NCBI GenBank assembly: GCA_965261345.1
Contig: OZ253449.1
Coordinates: forward strand, 2,016,001-2,080,000
Source of the DNA: Chloroflexota bacterium
Lineage (GTDB): Bacteria; Chloroflexota; UBA11872; VXNJ01
Direction of reading: 5' to 3'
Length of the DNA stretch: 64,000 bases
The translations under genes were made by a program, and so were the position numbers. The notes below the pieces were generated by a model. That model saw nothing but the letters and a program-made list of their open reading frames with translations. It made no database searches and was not told where the DNA came from. Positions 19,936-30,892 of the stretch are shown here, piece by piece. Positions within the stretch are counted from its first letter, which is position 1. Every line of letters starts with the position of its first letter.

Positions 19936-20864
19936 CAATAGACCGCTGGCGCGGGTCGTTGCTGGGACTTGCCTGTGGGGACGCGTTGGGGATGCCAGTC
20001 GAGTTCGCCGATCCGCCGCCGAGCGAACCGGTAATCGACATGATGTCGGGCCGCTCGCGCGGGCAGAAAACTCCCGCTGGCGAGCCGGTTGAAGCTCCGG
20101 CCGGGAGCTGGACGGACGACACCGCAATGACTCTTTGCCTGGCCGAAAGCCTGCTGGAGTGCTCCGGCGTGAACCTGCCCGATCAAATGCAACGCTATTG
20201 GCGCTGGGGTAACGAGGGCCACCTTTCAGCCACCGGGCAGGCATTTGGTATGGGGCCGACCGTCAAGGATGCATTGCGGCGATTTTCGGCCGGGCAAGGA
20301 CCCTGGGGCGATGCCGAAGCGTTGACCAACGGGTCGCTAATGCGGGCGGCCGCCCCGCCGCTTTTCTTTGGCGGGCGCCCCGATCTGGTCCGGGCGGCAG
20401 CAGAATGCTCCACCCCCACCCACTTACATCCGGTGTCCCAGGCCGCCTGTCAGGTTTTTGCAAATCTGCTGGCGATGGCGCTGGCCGGGGCCGGGCGACC
20501 GCAGTTGCTTTCAACCGGTGCCGGCAGCGAGGGCCTGGGTGGCCCCCTGCCTGGCCGGCTTGACCAGATCCTGTCCGGCGACCTGGCCGCGCGCTCAAGG
20601 GATGAGATCTCCGGCGCCAATAACGTCGAATGCACCTTAGAGGCTGCCCTGTGGTCATTTGCGACGACCAACGACTTTGAATCCGGCGCTGTCGTTGCGG
20701 TTGACCTGGGGCTCGATGCTGATACAACTGCATGTGTATACGGTGCCCTGGCCGGCGCCCACTACGGCATCGCGCAGGTCCCCGCGCGCTGGCTGAAACG
20801 GCTTTGCCGGCGAGAGTTGCTCGAACAATTTGCCGAGCGTCTGCATGCGGCCGCCAACGATTGA
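19929..20864 (+). CDS. ADP-ribosylglycohydrolase (DraG/ARH family)
   Basis: GLACGDALG, WTDDT, NGSLMR, DADTT..VYGALAGAHYG. Confidence 0.93.
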   Translation: MQSIDRWRGSLLGLACGDALGMPVEFADPPPSEPVIDMMSGRSRGQKTPAGEPVEAPAGSWTDDTAMTLCLAESLLECSGVNLPDQMQRYWRWGNEGHLSATGQAFGMGPTVKDALRRFSAGQGPWGDAEALTNGSLMRAAAPPLFFGGRPDLVRAAAECSTPTHLHPVSQAACQVFANLLAMALAGAGRPQLLSTGAGSEGLGGPLPGRLDQILSGDLAARSRDEISGANNVECTLEAALWSFATTNDFESGAVVAVDLGLDADTTACVYGALAGAHYGIAQVPARWLKRLCRRELLEQFAERLHAAAND

Positions 20865-20886
20865 ACCGTAGCCGGCCAATCAACCT

Positions 20887-21375
20887 TCAATTCGGGGGCC
20901 GCATGATGCGAACGTTAAAGTTCCCGTCGCGCACGAAATAGGAACTGGCGATCGTTGACGCCAGCGACGTTCCGAGGGAAACTAGCAACGCTGAGCCGAA
21001 TCCGGCTACCTCCACCCCGGGGATCACTTCGCTGGCCAGAAGCAGCAGCAACGCCCCGAATACAAAGTGGAACAGGCCGAAAGTGAGCAGAATCAGCAGG
21101 CAAGCGAGCGGCCCAAAGAGCGTATATAGGAGCGGGCGCACCAGTATATTGATCGCCGCCAGGATAGCGGCGAAGGCGATCAGGGCGGCAAAGTACTCGA
21201 TCTGACCAAACGGTGGGAGCGAGATGCTGCCCGGGAAAAGGGCCGCCAGCAGGGCTAGCGCCAGGACTGTAGCTGCCGTTTGCACCGCGAATTTAAAGGC
21301 GATGCGATCGGCAAAGGCGCGCGCCGAAAACCCGCTCGGGTCCGGGCCGTCGCCGGTCTGGTTACGCGCTTGCAT
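20887..21375 (-). CDS. 4-TM membrane protein, YvlD/phage_holin_4_2-like (second paralog)
   Basis: AINILVRPLL...ILLTFGLF, PGVEVAGFGSALL. Confidence 0.8.
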   Translation of the reverse strand: MQARNQTGDGPDPSGFSARAFADRIAFKFAVQTAATVLALALLAALFPGSISLPPFGQIEYFAALIAFAAILAAINILVRPLLYTLFGPLACLLILLTFGLFHFVFGALLLLLASEVIPGVEVAGFGSALLVSLGTSLASTIASSYFVRDGNFNVRIMRPPN

Positions 21376-21393
21376 GAAAACGACCGGGCCAAT

Positions 21394-21469
21394 TGGTGCC
21401 GAGAGCCGGAATTGAACCGGCGACACATGGATTTTCAGTCCACTGCTCTACCGACTGAGCTATCTCGGC
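21394..21469 (-). tRNA. tRNA-Phe (GAA)
   Basis: GCCGAGATAGCTCAGTCGGTAGAGCAGTGGACTGAAAATCCATG...GGTTCAATTCC...CCA. Confidence 0.96.
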
Positions 21470-21572
21470 GACAAGTTCCATTTTATTTGGGAATCGGCGC
21501 CGCGGTGGGTGTTCCCGCGGCTGCGCCCCGGGACCTGGAACTGGTTTTTTGGCAACAGGCAATTGGGTGCGT

Positions 21573-22019
21573 TCAGGCCGGGGCGGTAAGCATCAATTCG
21601 CCGACCGCGCGGATTACAGCTTGCAGATACGGGCGCCCGGCGCGGAAGTAGGCATCCAACTGGTCGGCCTGCACCCAGCGGCATCGGTCAATGTCCTCGC
21701 GGCGATCGGGGGTGAGTTGGTCGGTGCGCTTTCCGGCGTAATCGAGCACAAACCAGTGAACCGTTTTTGCAACCGGCTCACCTGAGTAATAGGCAACATA
21801 GGTCGAGTCGCAGAGCGGCGAGCGGAGGGTGAGCAGTTTGGCCGCCAGGCCGGTCTCCTCGGAGATTTCGCGGGTGGCACAGCTTCCACGATCCTCTTTG
21901 CGCCGCAGTTTGCCTTTCGGCACGTCCCAGAGTCCATGCTTGCGAATCAACAACCCGTGCCCCTCGCAGAATACCAGGCCGCCGCACGCCGTCATCTTGC
22001 GCATCTGCGACTTATTCAT
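21573..22019 (-). CDS. NUDIX hydrolase
   Basis: Complete Nudix box G-x5-E-x7-REISEETGL; W..PKG; KTVHWF. Confidence 0.9.
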   Translation of the reverse strand: MNKSQMRKMTACGGLVFCEGHGLLIRKHGLWDVPKGKLRRKEDRGSCATREISEETGLAAKLLTLRSPLCDSTYVAYYSGEPVAKTVHWFVLDYAGKRTDQLTPDRREDIDRCRWVQADQLDAYFRAGRPYLQAVIRAVGELMLTAPA

Positions 22020-22899
22020 GCATGTGAATTCGCTCGAGAATCCGGATTTGATCGGCGCTCAAATTTTGGAATAGCACCCCGTCAACAATCATGTTGAATC
22101 CCGATTTGCGCTTTTCGGCCTCGTAGGTGTGCAGCGAGAGATCGCGACCCTCGTAGTTAAAGCGCGCGAGCAGGTAGTAAATCACGTTTAGGCGCGCCTG
22201 GTGTTTGTTGTCTGAATCGATGATCACCCAGGGCGCGTAGTCGGTGGAAGTGACCGCGAACATGCGCTCTTTAAAGTACGTGAACATCTGCCAGCGTTCG
22301 GCAACCCGGCGGTCGTTGGCCGAGTATTTCCAATATTTGAGTTCGCTGCTCTGGCGCAGGCGAAATCGCAGATTCTGGGCCTCGCGCGAGACCGAGAGAT
22401 AGACCTTGAGCAGGTCGACTCCCTGGCCGACAATGTTTTCCTCCCAGGCGTTGACGTTGCTTAGGAAATAGTGGTACTGCTTCATCGTGCAATAGCCCAT
22501 CGCCGGTTGCACTAGGGCCCGCGAATACCAGGAGCGGTCAAAGATCGTTAGGGTTCCAGGTTTGGGCAGCATTCGGTGGTGGGTACCCAGCCAATTGCGC
22601 ATCTGCCGGCGAGTTGGCACCCCTTGGGAAATAATCTCGGCACTGCGCGGGTTCAAATAGCGGGTAATCGCCGCCGCGGTTGTGCCCTTGCCGGCCGCGT
22701 CGCGGCCTTCCAGCACCACCGCCACGCGGCGTCCTGCGTCTTCGATCCATTCTTGGAGGCGAAGCAACTGGACCCGCAATTCACGCAATTCGGCACGGTA
22801 GGCCCGGTAGCCAATGTCTCGAAATTCGGGCAGATCGTACGCGATCGTGGTGGTATTGGGGAGGATTCTGGAGTTGGATTTATCCTGCAATCTGTTCAA
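22012..22899 (-). CDS. ppk2: polyphosphate kinase 2
   Basis: EGRDAAGKG, FDRSWY, APW.II.SDNK. Confidence 0.93.
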   Translation of the reverse strand: MNRLQDKSNSRILPNTTTIAYDLPEFRDIGYRAYRAELRELRVQLLRLQEWIEDAGRRVAVVLEGRDAAGKGTTAAAITRYLNPRSAEIISQGVPTRRQMRNWLGTHHRMLPKPGTLTIFDRSWYSRALVQPAMGYCTMKQYHYFLSNVNAWEENIVGQGVDLLKVYLSVSREAQNLRFRLRQSSELKYWKYSANDRRVAERWQMFTYFKERMFAVTSTDYAPWVIIDSDNKHQARLNVIYYLLARFNYEGRDLSLHTYEAEKRKSGFNMIVDGVLFQNLSADQIRILERIHMHE

Positions 22900-23280
22900 C
22901 TGTCAAGCACTTGTTTTCCGCAGTCCACGGCACGGACCACCGCCACAGGGACAGTGATGGCCAACCGACTGTAATAGCGGCCGCCCCTTTGCACTTTCTT
23001 TTTAACAACATCAGTCAAGCGCCGGACCCACGGACTCTGTGGGGCAGATCGGCGTGTTAACCCAACCGCTCGCGCAATCTCGACTAACCACAGCGGTGAG
23101 CCCGGTAAAGTCACCCGACCGCGAAAGCTAAGATCTGGAGGATTTGTTTGACGCTGCAAAAATTGCCCCTGCGCGGGATTGTCCGAGCCGCTACTCGGCC
23201 TTAAGCGGATCGCCGGTCCTGGCCGCCCGGACCCGCCGGGTCGGGCCGCTCAATGTTCCCAATCCGTAGCTGTCCGAGGT

Positions 23281-24744
23281 TCATTCGTCAAAGTTCTCGG
23301 GCATTAAGACGAATTCGGGATAGGCCTCTATCCCAAGTTCGGCACTGTCCTGCCCAAGCCGTTCGGCATCTGGCGAAACCCGAACGCCGATAAAGAAACT
23401 GAGCGCGTGCCAAAGTCCGAAGGAAACTCCGAATACTGATACGCCGATTGTTGCCACGCCGAGCGCCTGGATCAAGATGTCGGCACCGCCGACAATGCTC
23501 ACCGCCAGGGTGCCCCAGATTCCGGCGAAAAGGTGGGCAGGGATTGCCCCGACCACGTCGTCGACCTTGACCGTTTCTAACAATTTGATTCCCGCGGTGC
23601 AAATTACCGCGCCGATTGCGCCGATCGCGATCGCCCAGCCAGGTTCGGCAATATTGGGACCGGCGGTGATTGACACCAACCCGGCGATGGCACCGTTAAG
23701 GCCCGCAAAAAGATCCGTCCGGCCCAGGACGAATCGCGAGAAGGCCAGGGCGGTAACGACCCCAGCAGCAGCGGCCAAGTTGGTGTTTACGAAGATCTGG
23801 CTCATTGCCACCGCGTCAGCGACCGACCCCAACGCCAACTGCGAGCCGCCATTGAATCCGAACCAGCCCAACCAAAGGATGAATACGCCCAGGGTTACGA
23901 CCAAAATGTTGGACGGCGGAGTTGGCCTGACCCAACCGTCATTTCGAAATTTCCCGAGTCGCGGCCCCACCACTATCACGCCGGCCAGCGCCGACCATCC
24001 ACCGACTCCATGTACGATCGTCGATCCGGCGAAATCTAGGAATCCGAGTTGCGAAAGCCACCCGCCGCCCCAGGTCCAGGCACCAACGATCGGGTAGATG
24101 AACGCAGTCAGGATTAGCGTAAACAGGAAGAATGGCCACATCTTTACACGCTCGGCCAATGCGCCGGAAACGATCGAGGCGGCAGTTGCGACAAAGACCA
24201 TCTGGAAGAACCAGTCCGACATGACCGAATGACCGTTCGCGGTAACTGCCACTAGCGCGGCTTCATCGGCCGCGTCGGCCAAAAGGGCAATTTCGGCAAC
24301 CGATGGGAAATAAGCGATGTTGAAGGACCCAATCCAGTCGCCCACTCCGACGTACATGAGGTTGTAGCCAATAACGAAATAGGCCAATGATGCAATCGAG
24401 TAGATTCCAATGTTTTTCAGGCAGATCATCGATGCATTCTTGGTCCGCACTGAGCCCGATTCCAGCATCGTAAAGCCGGCGCACATCCACATGACCAAGG
24501 CGCCAAATATCAGGAAGGAGAAGGTGTTGAGGACAAATTGTGTCTCGCTTTCGACCGCCGCCGAGGCGGCCGCTGGAGCCAGCAGGATTGCGCTGATTGC
24601 CGCCACAACGCCCAGCGGAGCCCAATGACGCCCGAATGATCGGTGTGATTTAGTCTTCACGCAGAATCCGCCTTGGATCCACTGCCATTGCCCATAACCC
24701 TGGCGAACAGGCGTGTCGGCACCAGCTTCTACGACCGGGCCCAC
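23281..24744 (-). CDS. amtB: ammonium transporter (true start probably nearer 24660)
   Basis: FFQMVF, SGALAER, DFAGSTIVH, WFGFNGGS, DDVVGAIPAH. Confidence 0.95.
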   Translation of the reverse strand: MGPVVEAGADTPVRQGYGQWQWIQGGFCVKTKSHRSFGRHWAPLGVVAAISAILLAPAAASAAVESETQFVLNTFSFLIFGALVMWMCAGFTMLESGSVRTKNASMICLKNIGIYSIASLAYFVIGYNLMYVGVGDWIGSFNIAYFPSVAEIALLADAADEAALVAVTANGHSVMSDWFFQMVFVATAASIVSGALAERVKMWPFFLFTLILTAFIYPIVGAWTWGGGWLSQLGFLDFAGSTIVHGVGGWSALAGVIVVGPRLGKFRNDGWVRPTPPSNILVVTLGVFILWLGWFGFNGGSQLALGSVADAVAMSQIFVNTNLAAAAGVVTALAFSRFVLGRTDLFAGLNGAIAGLVSITAGPNIAEPGWAIAIGAIGAVICTAGIKLLETVKVDDVVGAIPAHLFAGIWGTLAVSIVGGADILIQALGVATIGVSVFGVSFGLWHALSFFIGVRVSPDAERLGQDSAELGIEAYPEFVLMPENFDE

Positions 24745-24997
24745 AATCGTAATTTATCTGCAAACTACGCCTTCGTGATCAGCAACTCGGAACAATTACG
24801 CTCCCCCGGTCGGAGCGATCGTCCGGCGTCCATCCAAATTAAGCACCGTGGCACCCGCAACGGGCGGATTTACCTTTCGGCGTCCCGCGAACGATTGCGC
24901 TGTTTGGGTCATTTCCGCCGTGGATCAAGCCCGGCGGGGACTGCTCCAACCGTTACGATGATCTTTCTTAGACCGGACGCGACAGTTGGCGGTGTCG

Positions 24998-25321
24998 CTA
25001 TTGGATCGGTGAGCGCGGCGTCGCTTCCAGGCGAGTGACCTGAATCAAATCCCGCTCCATCATCGCCTTAACGCGCGGGGCAATGTCGTTCTTCCAGTGG
25101 TCGCTGTTGTAGACCGCGTCGTACAACCGCTCGCGCTCGGTCTCGTTCACAAACCGACGAATCCACACATAGGTGTTCTCATCCTCTTGCCCCGTAAACG
25201 AGCCCAGGATGACCATGCCCTGCTTGGTTTGAAACGGGATGATCTCCTGCTCCATCAAATCAACAAACTCGGCGCGGCAACCTTCGTTGATCGTATATCG
25301 TCGTAGTTCAAAAAACAACAT
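24998..25321 (-). CDS. NIPSNAP family protein
   Basis: FFELRRYTI..G, YVWIRRF, L..TP.S pattern; AGGAG RBS. Confidence 0.85.
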   Translation of the reverse strand: MLFFELRRYTINEGCRAEFVDLMEQEIIPFQTKQGMVILGSFTGQEDENTYVWIRRFVNETERERLYDAVYNSDHWKNDIAPRVKAMMERDLIQVTRLEATPRSPIQ

Positions 25322-25378
25322 GTACTCCTGTTCGACTGATACGCGCTAGCGCTCGCCGGCGGTACTGGCAGCCGGAGT

Positions 25379-25400
25379 TTATCCGTTGCTAAACGGATAA
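25379..25400. promoter_or_regulatory. 9-bp inverted repeat (operator or hairpin) upstream of NIPSNAP gene
   Basis: TTATCCGTT-GCTA-AACGGATAA. Confidence 0.4.
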
Positions 25401-25784
25401 GACAAGGTTGACGCGCAATGACGAGGTGGGCCGGCTAACGGATTTTTTGCGCTAGATCGGCGCGATCGCTGCGCCCAACCGCCACCCGTTGGAGGGGCCG
25501 ACCGATGGTCCCTGGACGGTGCTGGATGTTGACGCAATGGCGGCCACCAAAGTTTTCCTTTCCTCTAATCTCAGAGGGCGCTGCCGGGCAATACTTCTAG
25601 TGATTTGGCGGTTGATCTGCCGACAGGGGGAACGTGCAAGTGATATTGCGACGTAGCCGTGCCGCCGTTCACTTTGCCAACACCCAGATGCTCAGCGACG
25701 CTTGCATCGCCCGATCTGGCCGTCCACCGAAGTTGCGGCGATGTTGAATCGGAGCTGGCCGGGCCCGCGGCGGATCTGACCGGG

Positions 25785-27440
25785 ATGTTTCAGCAAACGC
25801 TCATTGAGCTAGGCCTGCTGATCGTGGCAGCCAAACTCGCCGAAGGGGTCCTTGGCCGCCTCGGCTTGAATTCAATCGTTGCCTTCACTTTCGCCGGCGT
25901 GCTGTTGGGGCCAGTTGCTGGGATCGTCAAGCCAACTGCTGAACCCGAGCTCTTTCTCTCGCTTGGCGTCTTCGTGCTGCTCTTTCTGATCGGCCTCGAT
26001 GAAATTGACACCGCCGGAATTCTGGCAACGATCCACGGCCGGTATGTGGCCGTCGCGCTGGGATCGGTGTTGATTTCGATATTGGTGGCGATGCTTGTAA
26101 CTTCCGATTTACTCGGTTTCCCATTCGCGCTCGGCCTCGACTTTAACTACGCCCTGGCGTTGGCCGGGATTTTGTCTCTATCGAGCCTGGGGATCGCGGC
26201 CAAGGTCCTCTCCGACAGTGGGTATCTACGAAAACCGATCGGTATTGAGATATTCACGCTCGTGATCATCGCCGAAATCGCCGCGCTCTTGGTGGTGGGG
26301 TTCACGATTGGCACGCAGGAACATGAATTCGACCTGCTGGGAACCGTCAGGCTGCTCGTTCAAATCGTCGCTTTTCTGGCCGCAGCCTGGTTTCTTTCGG
26401 CGCGGGCCCTTCCGCCCGCGATTGTCTATCTACAACGGATCATCAACGTGCCGCAGCTGTCATTCGGGTTGATGATCGGCGGCCTTTTGCTGGTCGTGGC
26501 CGGTACCGAATTCGTTGGGCTGCATGGTTCGATCGGGGCCTTGCTATTCGGTGCGTCCTTGACCGGGCTGCCGGATCGGGTTCGGCGCGAAATCTTGCCC
26601 GGTTTAAGGAGCGCTGCCGATGGCCTATTTGTCCCCTTGTTTTTTGCTGCGGCCGGCCTTCGGTTCGATCTTTCCTTCACAACCCTGGCGATCGGCACGA
26701 TAGTGGCCTTGGTTTTGGTTCCGCTATTTGGAAAGTTCGTTGGCACCTACATATTTGCGGTCGCAATGAGGCTTCAGAACCCGCTGACGTTGTCAACCGC
26801 GCTAATGGCCAAGGGCGTGACCGAGATTGCCCTGCTGGTCGTCCTGTTCGAATCGGGGGCCATCGACCAGCCCGTGTTTTCGCTGTTGGTGCTGATCATG
26901 CTCGGTTACATCTTGCTGATGCCGCAGTTGATCAGTTTCGCAGTTCGGCATGTTACTTCACGCCACCGTCCTTCCAGCTCCGATGCGATCTCGCGCCCTT
27001 ATATACGCATGGCCTTGACCGGGGTTTCGATCAGCAGCGTGCTGGACCGGACTCAGACTTACTTTGGACCCTCGGCTTCGGTGGCGCAATTGCTGGGTGC
27101 GGCGACCGCGCCCCACCAATCGGACTTCCTGGTGGTTGATGATGGGCAGGTCTGCGGGATCGTCACGTTGGACCGGTTGCACGCGGTTCCGGTTGAAAAA
27201 CGTGCCCAAACCCACCTGGATCGTTTGATCCGCCGCGACATACCGCGCGCCCAGCCCGAGGAATTGGTCAGCGATGTCCTAGAGCGGATGGACGAACAAT
27301 CGGTCGGGATTATTCCGGTTTGTGACCATGAAAACGACAAGTTGCTCGGTTCGATTGCCAGCCATGATCTGCTGGACCTGGTGCTTTTGATAGGCGAGGT
27401 CAACGAAGAAATTGCTGCCAGGGAAAACGCCGCCGGTTAG
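25785..27440 (+). CDS. CPA2-type cation:proton antiporter with C-terminal CBS pair
   Basis: About 12 TM helices, GVLLGP, FVPLFF, GKF; C-terminal FLVVDDG..GIV and IPV..LLGSI CBS motifs. Confidence 0.88.
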   Translation: MFQQTLIELGLLIVAAKLAEGVLGRLGLNSIVAFTFAGVLLGPVAGIVKPTAEPELFLSLGVFVLLFLIGLDEIDTAGILATIHGRYVAVALGSVLISILVAMLVTSDLLGFPFALGLDFNYALALAGILSLSSLGIAAKVLSDSGYLRKPIGIEIFTLVIIAEIAALLVVGFTIGTQEHEFDLLGTVRLLVQIVAFLAAAWFLSARALPPAIVYLQRIINVPQLSFGLMIGGLLLVVAGTEFVGLHGSIGALLFGASLTGLPDRVRREILPGLRSAADGLFVPLFFAAAGLRFDLSFTTLAIGTIVALVLVPLFGKFVGTYIFAVAMRLQNPLTLSTALMAKGVTEIALLVVLFESGAIDQPVFSLLVLIMLGYILLMPQLISFAVRHVTSRHRPSSSDAISRPYIRMALTGVSISSVLDRTQTYFGPSASVAQLLGAATAPHQSDFLVVDDGQVCGIVTLDRLHAVPVEKRAQTHLDRLIRRDIPRAQPEELVSDVLERMDEQSVGIIPVCDHENDKLLGSIASHDLLDLVLLIGEVNEEIAARENAAG

Positions 27441-27746
27441 CTTTGGGCCCGCCGGCCAACCGTTGCCGCCCAATCGCTTCGGCGGCTGTGCAGCTCCGAT
27501 ACCCCCTGGCCCTCCGGGGCGCACCGGGAACCGAAAAAACTGCCATAGAGATCCGTTCCTGAGAGCAAGCGGGAATTTACCTGCCACCGTATTGGCCTGA
27601 CCGCGACCTCTGCCCCTGGCCGGTGACGATTGGGTCCTGTCGTCTCCCGGATTGACCAATTGGGCGCAGTTGTGAGCGGCAAGCGGGCAATTGGGCCCCG
27701 GATCTAACATCAACCCGAAATTGAGGGTCGACGATGCCGCGGCAGT

Positions 27747-28304
27747 TTATTGGTCGAGTTCCGGCTTGACCGCTTCATCCGTTCGGCTGCCGCGGGTGCA
27801 CTGATAAGTTAGCTGTACCAAACTCGTGTCGAAGGCTTGGGTTTCGACCAAGGACATGACCTGCTGCGGTGTTTGGGGCGGGAACAGCCGAATGCCGTCT
27901 CCGAGGATTAGCGGGTGCACCGATAGCACCAACTGGTCGACTAAATCGCGTTGGAGAAATTCCCTAACGACCTGTCCGCCGCCCACGAGCCAGATGTTAT
28001 TATCCTGGCGCGCCTTGAGACCTGATACCAGGTTGGATAAGTTGCCGGATTCGAAACGAACGTTGGCATCAAGCTCGCCGGCCCGAGTGCGCGATAACGC
28101 CCAGCCTTCGATCTCGGGCCAGGGGTAATCCCCAAAACTAAGGATTTGTTCGTAGGTGGTGCGCCCCATAACGACCGCCCCAACCCCTGCGATAAAGTCT
28201 CGGAAGCCGTAATCCTGGTCGTGGAACAACCAGCCGACATCCCCGTCGCGGCGGGCGATGTATCCGTCGACACTGCAGGCAATGTAGGCAATTACCTTGG
28301 GCAC
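27747..28304 (-). CDS. dihydrofolate reductase-like (RibD C-terminal) protein
   Basis: IACSVDGYIA, VMGRTTYE, IWLVGGG, HPLILGDGIRLF. Confidence 0.9.
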   Translation of the reverse strand: MPKVIAYIACSVDGYIARRDGDVGWLFHDQDYGFRDFIAGVGAVVMGRTTYEQILSFGDYPWPEIEGWALSRTRAGELDANVRFESGNLSNLVSGLKARQDNNIWLVGGGQVVREFLQRDLVDQLVLSVHPLILGDGIRLFPPQTPQQVMSLVETQAFDTSLVQLTYQCTRGSRTDEAVKPELDQ

Positions 28305-28469
28305 GCTATTTTTTCGCTTGGCTAGCGCGCCGGATTTGCGGCAGCGCATCCTGTAAGGCAGCGTGGGTGATCTTCTGGGGCAAGATCGTGACCGCTTTCA
28401 GCCCGCTGCGAACCCATGATATTCCCGGATGCCGATGCCGGATGGCCCGCCTGCCCGGGGCGAAGCAGG

Positions 28470-29601
28470 CTATCCAGTCCATCCGTGAAATGTTTGCCGA
28501 GGGCAGCAATTGCAGTTGGGGTTGGTCTCCCGGGATCCCAGCGGCGCCAGCTCGATGATCGACTCGCCGGCCGGGATTGTGCTGCGCCATGCTCGCCCGG
28601 CCGAGAACGAAAACGCGTCGACTCGCTGGCAGGTTTGTTCGATGTACCATTCAAGGCCCTCGCGACGCCCCAGCTCCGGTCGATCCCACATCCAGCTGAT
28701 CTGTACCAGGCGACGAATAGAGAGGAACAGAGGCAGTAGCGATAACGCGTCGTCGTCCAGCGGACGCACCGTGCGATAACCGGAGATCAGCGCACCTTGG
28801 ATCGCTTGGAAACTCGACCGATCATCGAGGCCAAATAGCGCGACCGCCAACTCGTATTGATGCCATCCGAATCCGGCGTCGTCGAAATCAATTGCGTGCG
28901 ATTTACTCGCATCGCCTACTGGGATGTTTTTGCAGGTAGGTCGGCGTGGATCATCGCGCAAATGCCCCCGTCCTTGCCGTAATCGCCCAGGATCGCTGCA
29001 ATGCCGTCTCGGGCCCGGGACAATATGTCTCGTTGCGCCGGTTCTAGCAGTGGAATATCCCAGAATCGTCCCCAGAACGGAGCCTTGCCGACGTAGCCAG
29101 GCACATCGAATGCGTCCGCGAAAATCCTGCCGGGGGCGTCCATCCGGGCGATTGGTTGTGAATTGTGGCGACGATCCGGCCGATCTGTCCAAATTGCTCG
29201 GAGATGTGGCCTTCATCGTTTTCTGAATCGATCACCTCGGCCAGCCGTGTACCGTCAATCCATTCGACGAGCCCTACGGCCCGACTCGACGTGCCCTCGG
29301 GTGTAACAACGGTGGCAAAACCCGGGCCATCCAGGGTGCGCAATCCAATCGGAACCGAAACCCCCGCATCCTCGAGCAACTGGGCCCAGATCAATTCCGA
29401 TTCAAGTTCCCATAGCGTGTGATACTCGGGCCGGTGAATCCGCAGGGCGTACGCGCAGCCGTCTGACATGTTGAGCTCAAAAACCGTGTTTTCGTTGCGC
29501 GAGACCAGCTCCATTTTGTAAGGCTTGAGCCCCCAGTACGGCAACGCTTGCTCGGCTAGCGCCCGCAGTTCCGCGTCACTTAGATTGGTCGGCTCAGGCA
29601 A
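28470..29601 (-). pseudogene. APH/choline-kinase-fold phosphotransferase with two frameshifts
   Basis: Three consecutive frames give ENTVF/ALRIHRP.YH, IHADL and IDFDDAGFGWHQYELA. Confidence 0.85.
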
Positions 29602-29605
29602 ACGA

Positions 29606-30892
29606 TCAGACGGGATCGGCGACGGCAGCCTCGAAGGCTTCCAGGAACATCTCGGCGTGCTCTTGTTTGAACACGAGCGGCGGGCGCAGTTTCAACACAT
29701 TGCCGTGTTCGCCCGCTCGGCCCATCAAGAACCCGGCCTGGCGAAGTCGATTGACTATCACATCCGCGCCGCCGGGATCGGGTTCCTTAGTCTGCCGATC
29801 CTTGACCCATTCGACCCCGATGAACAGGCCATGCCCACGCACATCGGCCATCGATTCGCAACGCCCCTGCATTCCGCGCAAACTGTTCTGCAACCGCGTA
29901 CCGACATTCGCCACGTTTTCGAGGAGATTTTCGCCCTCAATCACGTCGATTACTGCTTGTCCCACTGCTGCCTGCAACGGGCTGGATGCAAAGGTGTTGA
30001 AGTAGCCGGTGCTGGCGCGGAAGCTGCTGACCAGCTCCGGCGAGGCAACTACTCCCGCCAGGGGGAGGCCATTGCCCATCGGCTTGCCCATGCTGACGAT
30101 GTCGGGAATTACCCCAGACAACTCATAGCCCCACCAACGGCCGGTCCGACCAAACCCCGCCTGCACTTCGTCGCAGATGAACAGACCGCCACTGGCACGC
30201 ACCAGTTCAGCCGCCCGACCCATGAACCCCGATGGGATATTGGGAAGCCCTTCGTTAGCCAATATCGGGCACAGCAGCAACCCAGCAAACGAAATGCCGT
30301 CTTGAGCAAAACCCTCGATCTCGGCTGCAAGCCGAGCAAGATAAACGTCTGTTAGCGGTTGACCGTCGGGCGCATCGTCGATCGGGCGATAGCACTGTGG
30401 CACGGGGATGAAGCGGATCTCCGGACCGTGGTCATCGCCGCGCCGCCGTCCTAGTTTGCGCACCTCGGTGGAGTTGCCGTGATAAGCCGCATCGGTACAG
30501 ATCAACCCGCGTCCGCCGGTCGCGGCACGTGCCATCATGATCGCCACCTCGTTGGCCTCGGTGCCGCTGCACGTAAATACCGCGGTGCCGATCGGATCGG
30601 GGTGAAGGCCAGTTAGCCGCTCGGCGTAGTTGAGGATCCCCTCATGCAGGTAGCGCGAGTGGACGTTCAACGTCTCCGTCTGGCGCCGCATGGCCGCCAC
30701 GACATGCGGGTTGGCGTGCCCGACGCAAGGCACATTGTTGTAGAGGTCGAGGTAGCGGCGCCCGTTGGGGTCGTAGAGCCAGACCCCTTCTCCACGAACG
30801 ATGTGAACCGGATCCTCGTAAAAGGTGGCGATGCCGGTACCGAGCAGTCGTTTGCGACGGGCCAGAAGCTCATCTGGATTTGCGGTAGTCAT
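29606..30892 (-). CDS. class III PLP aminotransferase / phospho-lyase (AGXT2L-like)
   Basis: YLDLYNNVPCVGH, DEVQAGFGRTG, PDIVSMGKPMGNG, LKLRPPL. Confidence 0.92.
   Translation of the reverse strand: MTTANPDELLARRKRLLGTGIATFYEDPVHIVRGEGVWLYDPNGRRYLDLYNNVPCVGHANPHVVAAMRRQTETLNVHSRYLHEGILNYAERLTGLHPDPIGTAVFTCSGTEANEVAIMMARAATGGRGLICTDAAYHGNSTEVRKLGRRRGDDHGPEIRFIPVPQCYRPIDDAPDGQPLTDVYLARLAAEIEGFAQDGISFAGLLLCPILANEGLPNIPSGFMGRAAELVRASGGLFICDEVQAGFGRTGRWWGYELSGVIPDIVSMGKPMGNGLPLAGVVASPELVSSFRASTGYFNTFASSPLQAAVGQAVIDVIEGENLLENVANVGTRLQNSLRGMQGRCESMADVRGHGLFIGVEWVKDRQTKEPDPGGADVIVNRLRQAGFLMGRAGEHGNVLKLRPPLVFKQEHAEMFLEAFEAAVADPV

Noticed and set aside
22900-23280. Possible riboswitch or ncRNA upstream of ppk2
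   Set aside because: Only generic hairpins; no recognisable conserved aptamer.
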